Assembly: GCA_013285685.1 (NCBI GenBank)
Contig: JABDHD010000056.1
Span: forward strand, 1 to 24,000
Direction: 5' to 3'
DNA: 24,000 bases
Source: Bacteroidota bacterium
GTDB taxonomy: Bacteria; Bacteroidota; Bacteroidia; Sphingobacteriales; Sphingobacteriaceae
The notes below the pieces were generated by a model. It did no database searches, was not told where the DNA came from, and was given only the letters and a program-made list of their open reading frames with translations. Position 1 is the first letter of the stretch. Every line of letters starts with the position of its first letter. Positions 14,361 to 22,629 of this stretch are shown here, one piece after another. Both the position numbers and the translations under genes were made by a program.

Positions 14361-14601
14361 TTCGCTAAAAAGAAATTAATCGCACTTATCACTCCATCAC
14401 TGTGTCCTTAATTTTTTAGCCACTTCTTTAATGTCTTTCCAGATTTGCGGGGCCGCAAACTACTATCTATCAAATACAATTACGATTGAATTACGTTAGA
14501 CGTTACAGCCCGGATTTAAAAAAAGAAGATTTTTATCAACACTATTTTTACTCCCCAAAAGGGGATTGCTTATTATTGCGCCTTTTAAACAAATGAATTA
14601 A

Positions 14602-15258
14602 ATGAATGCCTTTATTTTCGACCTAAACGGCACCATGGTGAACGATATGCCGTACCATGCCAAAGCCTGGCACAGCCTGTTGAATGACGAGTTGGGCGGC
14701 AATTTTACGTTTGAAGAGGTAAAACCACAAATGTACGGCAAGAACCAGGAGGTGCTGGTGCGGATGTTTGGGGCAGACAGGTTTACCGCCGATGAAATGG
14801 AGCGGATCTCGGTTGAAAAGGAAAGGAAATACCAGCGCGAGTTTTTGCCCTACCTGGAATTGATGCCGGGACTGGGTGATTTTTTGGAAAAAGCCTACCA
14901 GGCGGGTATCCCGATGGCAATAGGGACCGCAGCCATACCCATCAATATTGATTTTGTGCTGGATAACCTGCACATCAGGCATTATTTTAAGGCGATTGTA
15001 AGCGCAGATGATGTAACCTTTAGCAAGCCAAACCCAGAAACTTTTTTAAAGGCTGCCGAACTCCTTAATGTAAGCCCCGCCGACTGTATTGTTTTTGAAG
15101 ACGTGCCCAAAGGAGCCGAAACGGCGGCAAATGCCGGTATGCAGGCAGTGATCATCACTACAACGCATCAGCCTGAAGAGTTTAAGCTCTTCGAAAACGT
15201 TATTCACTTCGCAGCGGATTTTAACGACGAATTTATCAAAAGCCTGGTTGCAATTTAG
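14602..15258 (+). CDS. HAD-superfamily hydrolase, beta-phosphoglucomutase-like subfamily
   Basis: 218-aa ORF with motif I FIFDLNGTMV, a helical cap region, motif II-like AIGTAA and a C-terminal FEDVPKGAETAANAGM (motif IV-like). Confidence 0.85.
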   Translation: MNAFIFDLNGTMVNDMPYHAKAWHSLLNDELGGNFTFEEVKPQMYGKNQEVLVRMFGADRFTADEMERISVEKERKYQREFLPYLELMPGLGDFLEKAYQAGIPMAIGTAAIPINIDFVLDNLHIRHYFKAIVSADDVTFSKPNPETFLKAAELLNVSPADCIVFEDVPKGAETAANAGMQAVIITTTHQPEEFKLFENVIHFAADFNDEFIKSLVAI

Positions 15259-15318
15259 CACCAGCCCAACATCTGCATATTTGCACATCCGTAAATCTAA
15301 AATCTGCGCATCAGCACA

Positions 15319-16809
15319 TTAACGGTAGTAAACCTCGCTCCATTGCAATTCTTTCTTCAGTTGATGCAGTTTGGTGTCTTTTCCGATCAGCACGTATTCA
15401 ATCCCGGCCATTTCGGCAAAATCCGCCAGTTGGTCTGACGAAAGGTTTTGGCTATAACAGGTATGATGTGCGCCGCCGGCTAATATCCAGGCGGCACAGC
15501 CTGTTTGCATGTCTGGATAGGGTTTCCATAGCACGCGGGCTACCGGGAGTTTTGGGAGGTCATGCTCCGGCGCCACGCCTTCTACCTCGTTCACCAGCAG
15601 CCGGAACCGGTTGCCCATATCAATCACCGAAGCATTAAGCGCCGGTCCGCCGGCCACGTTAAACACCAGGCGGACCGGGTCAGCCTTGCCGCCGATGCCG
15701 AGTGGGTGTATCTCGCATTTGGGTTTGCCATCGGCTATAGACTCACAGATCTCCAGCATGTGCGAGCCCAATACCATTTGGTTTTTGGGGTCGAAATGAT
15801 AAGTGTAATCTTCCATAAAGGAATTGCCGCCATCCAATCCGCTGCCCATTACCTTCATTGCGCGAACTAATGCGGCCGTTTTCCAGTCGCCCTCAGCGGC
15901 AAAGCCGTAGCCCTGGCTCATCAGGCGCTGTGCTGAGATGCCTGGTAACTGCAGCAGGCCATGCAGGTCTTCAAAGGTATCGGTAAAGCCTTTGTAGTTG
16001 CCGTCTTTTAAAAATGCTGCTATGCCGAGTTCAATCCTTGCCGCCGCCTGCATCGAGCTGTAATGCGCGCCGCCCTTATGCAGGGAGGGGACGACCGCGT
16101 ATTTCTCTTCGTATTCGGCGATCAGCTTGTCCGTTTCAGCATCGCTCATCTCGTTGATCACTTTCACCAAATCGCCAACGCCGTGGGTATTTACCGAGTA
16201 GCCGAATTTCAGCTCCGCTTCCACCTTGTCGCCATCGGTAACCGCCACAAAGCGCATATTATCGCCAAAACGCACGAAACGTGCGCCCTGCCAGTCGTGC
16301 CAGCCCGCTGCTACCCGGCACCATGCGCCGATCGGACCCAAAACAGCGCTATCTTCCCAATGCCCCACGATCACCTTCCGGTTCAGCCGCATGCGCGACA
16401 TGATAAAGCCAAACTCGCGGTCGCCATGGGCGCTTTGGTTCAGGTTCATAAAATCCATATCGATGCTGTCCCAGGGGATATCGCGGTTAAACTGGGTGTG
16501 CAGGTGCATCAAAGGCTTTTGTAATATCTTCAGTCCGCCGATCCACATCTTGGCCGGCGAAAAAGTGTGCATCCAGGCAATGATGCCGATGCAGTTTTTA
16601 GCGGTATTGGCCTCCTGGCAAACATTGTATATTTCTTCAGTTGATTTAACCGTGGGCTTAAAAACCACCCGAACGGGTATTTGCGAATGAGCGCTAAAAG
16701 ACCTGGCGATCTGTTCGGAATGCTCGGCCACTTTTAAAAGCGTTTCTTCCCCGTATAAATGCTGGCTCCCGGTGACGAACCAAACTTCGAAATCCTTTAG
16801 ATTTATCAT
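15319..16809 (-). CDS. araA: L-arabinose isomerase
   Basis: 496-aa ORF. The N-terminus [18 protein letters not shown] and the overall length and sequence are typical of AraA. It is the last gene of the araBDA run. Confidence 0.95.
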   Translation of the reverse strand: MINLKDFEVWFVTGSQHLYGEETLLKVAEHSEQIARSFSAHSQIPVRVVFKPTVKSTEEIYNVCQEANTAKNCIGIIAWMHTFSPAKMWIGGLKILQKPLMHLHTQFNRDIPWDSIDMDFMNLNQSAHGDREFGFIMSRMRLNRKVIVGHWEDSAVLGPIGAWCRVAAGWHDWQGARFVRFGDNMRFVAVTDGDKVEAELKFGYSVNTHGVGDLVKVINEMSDAETDKLIAEYEEKYAVVPSLHKGGAHYSSMQAAARIELGIAAFLKDGNYKGFTDTFEDLHGLLQLPGISAQRLMSQGYGFAAEGDWKTAALVRAMKVMGSGLDGGNSFMEDYTYHFDPKNQMVLGSHMLEICESIADGKPKCEIHPLGIGGKADPVRLVFNVAGGPALNASVIDMGNRFRLLVNEVEGVAPEHDLPKLPVARVLWKPYPDMQTGCAAWILAGGAHHTCYSQNLSSDQLADFAEMAGIEYVLIGKDTKLHQLKKELQWSEVYYR

Positions 16810-16885
16810 TTGTTAGATGTGAGACGTGAGATATTTTACTAATCTTTTTTTACCAATAAACTAATGAACCAGTGAACCAATGAAC

Positions 16886-17584
16886 TCATTGTCCATAGTA
16901 CGAATCCGGTCCGTGCTTGCGGTCATAGTGTTTTTTGATCAATGATTCTTTTAGCCTTGCTGCCTTGGGATTGATCTGCTCGGTCAAATAAGCCATTTGT
17001 GCAATGGATTCCAGCACCGCGCTGTTATAAACTGCTTTTTCGGCCGTTTTGCCCCAGGTGAATGGTGCGTGGTTGCCAACCAGTATCATTTCAACTTCCT
17101 GGTAACTTAGCCCTTGTTCTTTTAAATGATCGATGATCTGGTAACCGGTTTGGTATTCGTAATCACCCTTTATCCGGTCGTCGTGCATAGGCGGCGCACA
17201 GGGAATATCCACCGTTTTATGATCGGCATGGGTGGTGCCATAGATGGGGATACAGCGCTGTGACTGGGCCCAGGCTGTGGCATAAGTGGAATGCGTATGA
17301 CATATTCCTGCTATTTCCGGCCACTCCTTATACAACACCGCATGCGTTTTAGTGTCCGATGATGGCCGCAATTTGCCTTTTACAACTTTGCCGTCAAAAT
17401 CAACAATGACCATTTTTTCCGGCGACAAGTCCTCATAGGGTACGCCGCTGGGTTTGATGGCAAATACGCCCAGGTCACGATCCGCGGCGCTTACATTGCC
17501 GAAGGTGAAGATCACCAGGTTTAGCCGTGGAAGCTCCATGTTGGCTTTGCAGGCTTGTTTTTGGATATGGTCGTATTTGCTCAT
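16886..17584 (-). CDS. araD: L-ribulose-5-phosphate 4-epimerase
   Basis: 232-aa class II aldolase-fold protein (GNVSA..., IKPSGV, HTHS.YATAWAQ) of AraD length, in ara context. Confidence 0.93.
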   Translation of the reverse strand: MSKYDHIQKQACKANMELPRLNLVIFTFGNVSAADRDLGVFAIKPSGVPYEDLSPEKMVIVDFDGKVVKGKLRPSSDTKTHAVLYKEWPEIAGICHTHSTYATAWAQSQRCIPIYGTTHADHKTVDIPCAPPMHDDRIKGDYEYQTGYQIIDHLKEQGLSYQEVEMILVGNHAPFTWGKTAEKAVYNSAVLESIAQMAYLTEQINPKAARLKESLIKKHYDRKHGPDSYYGQ

Positions 17585-17598
17585 TTAAAACCTTTTAG

Positions 17599-17715
17599 CT
17601 GTCATTGCGAGGAGCGGCATCGGATGTGCATTGGGTGCGACGAAGCAACCTCGTAGTCATACATTACCGTTTGCCTGTCAGCGACGAGGTTGCTTCGCTT
17701 CGCTCGCAATGACAT
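17599..17715. repeat. long palindromic repeat element (GTCATTGCGAGG ... CTCGCAATGAC type) inside the ara operon
   Basis: tgtcattgcgag (17600-17611) pairs with ctcgcaatgaca (17703-17714). cgaagcaacctcgt (17641-17654) pairs with acgaggttgcttcg (17684-17697). The left arm carries an extra ~25-nt bulge. Confidence 0.8.
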
Positions 17716-17721
17716 AGTTTT

Positions 17722-19401
17722 TTATTTATTTTTTACTCCCTCCACAAATTCCCCTAACAGAATATATTTTTTATAGCGCCTGGAATAAATATCGGCATTT
17801 TGTTTATCAGGCTGATATTCCACATCAAACCCGCCGCCCATTGCCGTCATCGCGTCTTCAACCTTTGGGTAAATGCCTGCAGCAGTGGCTGCAAACATCG
17901 CCGCCCCAAGCGCGCAGGTGTGTTCAAACTGATGCATGCGGATCGGCATCTGCAAAACATCAGCCATCATCTGCATAATGTATGGCGATTTCTTGGCCAC
18001 TCCACCTATCCCAATCAGGCCTTTTACCGGCACGCCTTCGCTGTTAAACCGATCGACAATGCTCTTCGCCCCAAAACAGGTGCTTTCGGCCAGCGCCCTG
18101 AAAATACGCGGGGCATCGCTGCCTAAACTCAGCCCGGCGATAGCGCTTTTTAGTTCCTGGTTAGCGTCGGGTGTTCGCCGGCCGTTGAGCCAGTCGACAG
18201 AAAGCTCGGCATTTTCATCCAAAGGTAACAGTGCCGCCTGCCGGCTTAATTCAGGGATTATTTTTGCTGCTATTTCGCTCTTTAATGCCGCTGCAGTTTG
18301 GCTATCTATTAATTTTGATTGGCTAAGCAAGTCGTTCAATGGCCATGACAACAGATTTTTAAACCAGGCGTAAGTATCGCCAAAAGCAGACTGCCCCGCC
18401 TCAAGCCCAAGCATCCCCGGGATCACCGAGCCATCCACCTGCCCGCAAATGCCTTTTATCAATTTGCCCTGCATATCCGCCATTGGCGCAACCAGCATAT
18501 CGCAGGTTGAGGTGCCCATTACTTTACTGAGATGATAGGGTTCTATCTGTCCGCCAACGGCGCCCATATGGGCATCAAATGCACCGACCCCTATCACTAC
18601 ATCGCTGCTTAATCCCAAACGTTCCGCCCATTCAGCGCTTAATTTTCCGGCGGGCACATCGGAAGTATAGGTATCCTTAAATAGCCGCGCCGTAAAGCCT
18701 TTCAATAACGGATCGAGCGATGCGAAAAATTCATCCGGCGGCAATCCGCCATATTCAGCAGCCCAAAGGGCCTTATGCCCTGCTGAGCAGCGGCCTCGGT
18801 TCATCTCGTTAATATGTTTGCCGCCGGTAAGCAGGAAGGGTATCCAGTCGCAATGCTCTACCCACGAATAACATGCCTGCGCTATCTGCTTATCCCCCCG
18901 TAAAATATGCAGCAGCTTAGCCCAAAACCACTCCGAAGAATAAATGCCGCCGACATACTGCAGGTAGTTAACCTCAAATTTTGTCGCATGCTGGTTTATT
19001 TCGGCCGCCTCTTTTACCGAAGTATGGTCTTTCCATAAAACAAACATGCCGTTCGGGTTATTTTCAAACCCCGGCGCCAGGGCAAGAGGTACGCCCTTTT
19101 CGTTAACAGCTACCGGGGTGGAACCGGTCGTATCAACCGAGATAGCTTTAATTCCCCGTGCAACAGAAGTCCCGCCGGCCTTTTTTATACAGTCCTTAAT
19201 GGTAAACTCAAGCCCTTCTACATAATCCAGCGGGTGCTGCCTGAACTGGTTTTCGCCGGCATCGCAATACAAGCCCTGCTGCCAGCGGGGGTACATAAAC
19301 ACCGAAGAAGCCAATTCGCGCCCGTTGCGTGCATCAACAATTATTGATCGCACCGAGTCGGTGCCATAATCAACACCGATAACAAACTGGTCATTACTCA
19401 T
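17722..19401 (-). CDS. araB: ribulokinase
   Basis: 559-aa FGGY-family kinase (VIGVDYGTDSVR..., GGQIEP, GTSTC) of AraB length, first gene of araB-araD-araA. Confidence 0.93.
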   Translation of the reverse strand: MSNDQFVIGVDYGTDSVRSIIVDARNGRELASSVFMYPRWQQGLYCDAGENQFRQHPLDYVEGLEFTIKDCIKKAGGTSVARGIKAISVDTTGSTPVAVNEKGVPLALAPGFENNPNGMFVLWKDHTSVKEAAEINQHATKFEVNYLQYVGGIYSSEWFWAKLLHILRGDKQIAQACYSWVEHCDWIPFLLTGGKHINEMNRGRCSAGHKALWAAEYGGLPPDEFFASLDPLLKGFTARLFKDTYTSDVPAGKLSAEWAERLGLSSDVVIGVGAFDAHMGAVGGQIEPYHLSKVMGTSTCDMLVAPMADMQGKLIKGICGQVDGSVIPGMLGLEAGQSAFGDTYAWFKNLLSWPLNDLLSQSKLIDSQTAAALKSEIAAKIIPELSRQAALLPLDENAELSVDWLNGRRTPDANQELKSAIAGLSLGSDAPRIFRALAESTCFGAKSIVDRFNSEGVPVKGLIGIGGVAKKSPYIMQMMADVLQMPIRMHQFEHTCALGAAMFAATAAGIYPKVEDAMTAMGGGFDVEYQPDKQNADIYSRRYKKYILLGEFVEGVKNK

Positions 19402-19568
19402 TCGGGAAACTGGTTTATAAGCAGCAAAACGTGCCTGTAAATTAAAGCAATTGTTGCTACTAATAAAAAGATAATTGTTGTTTTTACACTTTTAAGGTGG
19501 CGGACATGGTTAAAAAAAATGGACATAACCGAAAATCAATGTTTCGTAACTAGAATTTCAAACTATTG

Positions 19569-19785
19569 GCGTTCGAAAGATGAAAAATAGTCGAAGCTAC
19601 CCTCCTTTTCGCCGCAGGCGAAGAGAGGGTGAACGAGCGCAGCGATGTTCGGGTGAGTCAATGCGTGGTGCATGCATTGGCGGTAATGTCCGCCGGGGTC
19701 GACTCACCCCGGCTTTGCTGCGCTCGCCGACCCTCTCCGCAAGCGGGAAAGAGGGTAGCTGCAGTTTTTCTAATGTTTCGAACAG
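19569..19785. repeat. ~215-bp compound inverted repeat (CTACCCTC ... GAGGGTAG type); probable terminator/insulator
   Basis: Matching arm segments are gttcgaaa (19571-19578) / tttcgaac (19776-19783), agctaccctc (19595-19604) / gagggtagct (19751-19760), and gagcgcagcg..gggtgagtc (19635-19659) / gactcacccc..gctgcgctc (19701-19725). Each arm also contains a local hairpin. The element ends 1 nt from the MBOAT stop codon. Confidence 0.8.
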
Positions 19786-20751
19786 TCAAAATTTCAAACC
19801 CGCCATCGGCCAAACGATCTGTTTTATAAATTCAGCATGGAACAGTAGTGGCGCCGGCAATACTACCCAAAAGAAAACCCAGGCATGGGCTACCAGTTTA
19901 TTTTGCAGAAATTTGCCCCCTTTGTCCTTCAACGTCTTTTCCAACAAAACAAGTGCGCCTTGTATAATAAAATAAAGCGTGGGCAAGCCGTAGCCGTGGT
20001 TTACCGGCAGGCTCAGCGCCAGCTCGTGTAAGATGCCAGAAAAAATAAAGGCAAACATTAGCGCAGCCGCAGGGCCCACTTTAGTGCGCAGCGGGCGAAA
20101 GATAGCTATCGATGTCATTTCGCTGAAGGCCAGGTTCCAGCGTTTGCCCCAAAATTCGGTCAGGCTGGTTGCTTTGGCGGGCTGCCTGAACAACAAATAT
20201 GTGTTCGCCCCGGAATACCGCCACATGCCGGCGCTGATGCTCAACAAACCAAAATGCAGGATTAGGCTAAAACCAACCAGCAACAAAACGCTAACTACAA
20301 CATGAATAAGCGTGGTATTTAAGGGCAACGGAACTATTTCCCGCGCGGCTAAAATAACCAGGCCGCCAAAGACCAGGCGGCTAATTCCAAACCTGATCAT
20401 TTGTCCGGCGCCGGGTAGGGGGCCATCGCCCAATGTTTCAAATGGCTGCGCCCGCATGCCGGCCCAGCCGCCGGCAAAAGCAGCCCATTGTTTGAAATTG
20501 AGCTTTACCAGTTTGTCCCGATACGCCATCGGCACCACGATAATTTTCATGCCGGTAAATGTGGTGGCTATTACGGCGAGCATTTTTATGACAGGACTTT
20601 GGTATTGAAAAAGAAGATAAACTGCCAATATGCTGATGACGAACATCCCCCAGCTCAACAACAGCTTCTTTTTCCTGGGAACCGGAAAACCAGCAAAAAC
20701 CAATACAAGATTTATCAAAGCGAAGATAACCAGGCGAATGACGAGACCCAT
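19786..20751 (-). CDS. MBOAT_2 (wax-synthase-like) membrane-bound O-acyltransferase family protein
   Basis: Polytopic ORF with the FWGKRWNLAF and SGILHE motifs characteristic of MBOAT_2. ATG 20751 is preferred over the track GTG 20754, and this ATG overlaps the upstream gene's TGA by 1 nt. Confidence 0.75.
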   Translation of the reverse strand: MGLVIRLVIFALINLVLVFAGFPVPRKKKLLLSWGMFVISILAVYLLFQYQSPVIKMLAVIATTFTGMKIIVVPMAYRDKLVKLNFKQWAAFAGGWAGMRAQPFETLGDGPLPGAGQMIRFGISRLVFGGLVILAAREIVPLPLNTTLIHVVVSVLLLVGFSLILHFGLLSISAGMWRYSGANTYLLFRQPAKATSLTEFWGKRWNLAFSEMTSIAIFRPLRTKVGPAAALMFAFIFSGILHELALSLPVNHGYGLPTLYFIIQGALVLLEKTLKDKGGKFLQNKLVAHAWVFFWVVLPAPLLFHAEFIKQIVWPMAGLKF

Positions 20752-21188
20752 CACTTTACTAATTGAAGGTTAAAGCAGCAAACCCAACTGTAAACGGAAC
20801 TAAAAAACAAGAACGCAATTACCAGCAGGACTTCTGCTGCCCGCTGCCACACGCCGGTGGGGAAATTCGTTCTGTCAAAATAAAAAAATTGGATCAATAC
20901 CCGCGATATCCAATAAAGGGCGATGAAGCCGGAAACCAACGTAGCGAGTGCAGATCCATTTTCCAGGTCGTTGCCATCGAACATCGAAAGCAACCCAAAA
21001 CACAAATTGATCACAAAAATATAGGCGGCGTATACCCAAAACATTTGCTTGATAAGGGGCTGAACTTTCGCTAGCTCCAGACGCCATTTTAAAACCCCGG
21101 GAACGGCCAGGCTCCCTAACGCAAGTACCACCTGCCCAAGCCCGGCGAGGCGTATTATTTGCCGAATGTTTAACCAGCTGCCTGTCAT
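20751..21188 (-). CDS. hypothetical membrane protein (145 aa, about 4 TM)
   Basis: ATG ORF with hydrophobic helices throughout. Its stop overlaps the MBOAT_2 start, suggesting translational coupling. Confidence 0.6.
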   Translation of the reverse strand: MTGSWLNIRQIIRLAGLGQVVLALGSLAVPGVLKWRLELAKVQPLIKQMFWVYAAYIFVINLCFGLLSMFDGNDLENGSALATLVSGFIALYWISRVLIQFFYFDRTNFPTGVWQRAAEVLLVIAFLFFSSVYSWVCCFNLQLVK

Positions 21189-21317
21189 TGCATAGCTCCT
21201 TGTTTTAGCATATAAATAAGTTGCAAATATACTTAATTTATTGAACTTTCAAAAAATAATGAAAACTAAGACATTGCTTTTAACTCCGGATGGCTGATTT
21301 TTTCCTATAGAAAAAAA

Positions 21318-21773
21318 TTATTCTTTCGCTCCGCCTAAATGTTGATCTACATGCCCGCCATGCAAAATAACAATTGCGCGGGTACACAGCAGGATGGCGA
21401 TACCGCTGAAACCAGCCTCGCCCGGAATAAAGAAGATGATGGTATAAAAAAATAGCACGATCAGGAAAAGCACCAGGGGAATGAGGAGTTTGAGGCCGGG
21501 CGCCGGAAATTTTTCGGTAATATCACTCAGCGCCCAAAGTAGCGCAGCCACCAACAATAAAAACAAAGCGACGATATAGGCATACCCGTTAAAATAATCG
21601 GCTAAAGTGTGGGTTTGCCCCAAAAACGATAGCTTCGCCGCGGGCAATTGGTTAACAATAGCAAGCGAAGCGCTGTCGGTGGCGTCCTTCCACTGCCAAT
21701 GGGTGTACACATGAACGGCGGCATGAATCACTACTAAAACAGCCGAAATTCGTAATAAAGTTTTAGGGCTCAT
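21318..21773 (-). CDS. hypothetical membrane protein (151 aa, about 4 TM)
   Basis: ATG ORF with four hydrophobic segments, on the same strand as its neighbours and 49 nt downstream of the SDR gene. Confidence 0.55.
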   Translation of the reverse strand: MSPKTLLRISAVLVVIHAAVHVYTHWQWKDATDSASLAIVNQLPAAKLSFLGQTHTLADYFNGYAYIVALFLLLVAALLWALSDITEKFPAPGLKLLIPLVLFLIVLFFYTIIFFIPGEAGFSGIAILLCTRAIVILHGGHVDQHLGGAKE

Positions 21774-21822
21774 AGGGCTATATTTGATGTTGAATTACTA
21801 AGTTGTAAACATTTTTTGATTT

Positions 21823-22536
21823 TTACAAGCGCTTAAATAAGAATCCGGGTAACAGGCGAAACAAAAACGCTACCAGCCGCCAACGATTGGTTATGTAAAC
21901 TACACTCCTTTTATTTTCAATAGCCCCGAAAATTTGCCTCGCAGCCTTATCAGCCGGCGCCATCCAGAATACATTACCGGCAGCCATATCGGTATCTACA
22001 AAGCCGGGCCGTATATCCGTTATATAAACAGGCTTTTTTAGGTGAAACGCCCTTTGCCGCAAACCCTCCAGGTAGTTTACCTGGTACGCCTTTGAGGCGT
22101 TATAGGCAGGCGCAAACCGGCTGCCGCGGATGGCAGCTACCGAAGTTATGGCCGCGAAATGTCCATATTCCTGGGCGTCAAAATAGTTAATGGCCCAATC
22201 GGCGACCGCTGTAAAGCCAGTTACGTTTACCGCATTGGTTTGTTGCTCAATTTTAGTATCCAACGTTGGATTGATCTTACCAGTGCCTGAACTTAACACC
22301 AACAGATCAAGGCCGCCGAGGTCATCAACGAGGTGTTGTAAACAGGCAGGCACATTTTTAACATCGGCGACATCAAAACAAGAAACCAGGAAGGACCCTG
22401 GTTTTGTGGCCTGCAAGTTAAGCAACAGCTGATCGCGACGACCCGTGATGCCCACTTTATACCCTTTATCGGCAAGAATGATCGCAAGCTCTTTCCCGAT
22501 GCCCGAGCTCGCGCCCACAACAATTGCTTTTTTCAT
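21823..22536 (-). CDS. short-chain dehydrogenase/reductase (SDR) family oxidoreductase
   Basis: Cofactor motif VVGASSGIGKELA and catalytic YNASKAY (YxxxK), with a hydrophobic C-terminal tail (WRLVAFLFRLLPGFLF). Confidence 0.9.
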   Translation of the reverse strand: MKKAIVVGASSGIGKELAIILADKGYKVGITGRRDQLLLNLQATKPGSFLVSCFDVADVKNVPACLQHLVDDLGGLDLLVLSSGTGKINPTLDTKIEQQTNAVNVTGFTAVADWAINYFDAQEYGHFAAITSVAAIRGSRFAPAYNASKAYQVNYLEGLRQRAFHLKKPVYITDIRPGFVDTDMAAGNVFWMAPADKAARQIFGAIENKRSVVYITNRWRLVAFLFRLLPGFLFKRL

Positions 22537-22629
22537 CTGTGATCTGTCGCCTTGAGATTTTAAAATTTAGCTGATTGTTACAAACCTTTGAATATACCCG
22601 TATTTAAATCGATATTTAACCAATATTAT

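Noticed and set aside
14397-14459. A 20-codon minus-strand ORF tail (FAAPQIWKDIKEVAKKLRTQ*) upstream of the orphan terminator.
   Set aside because: It is too short to assign or to list as a feature. It is mentioned only as part of the scar interpretation.
15562-18373. Track ORFs antisense to or off-frame within araA and araB: 15562-15870, 15611-15799, 16063-16524, 16226-16690, 17800-18126 and 17936-18373.
   Set aside because: They lie entirely inside confidently identified ara genes, and their high-GC third-position shadow frames are a typical artefact.
19402-19568. I searched the araB upstream region for a TTTG/TAnnTTTG promoter or a regulator operator.
   Set aside because: Only weak partial matches (taatttac, ttataaac) were found, which is not enough to call a promoter or an operator.
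19580-19975. A 131-aa and a 66-aa plus-strand ORF across the 215-bp palindrome.
   Set aside because: Their sequences are translations of the inverted repeat and of the antisense MBOAT_2 3' end, with no start context or motif.
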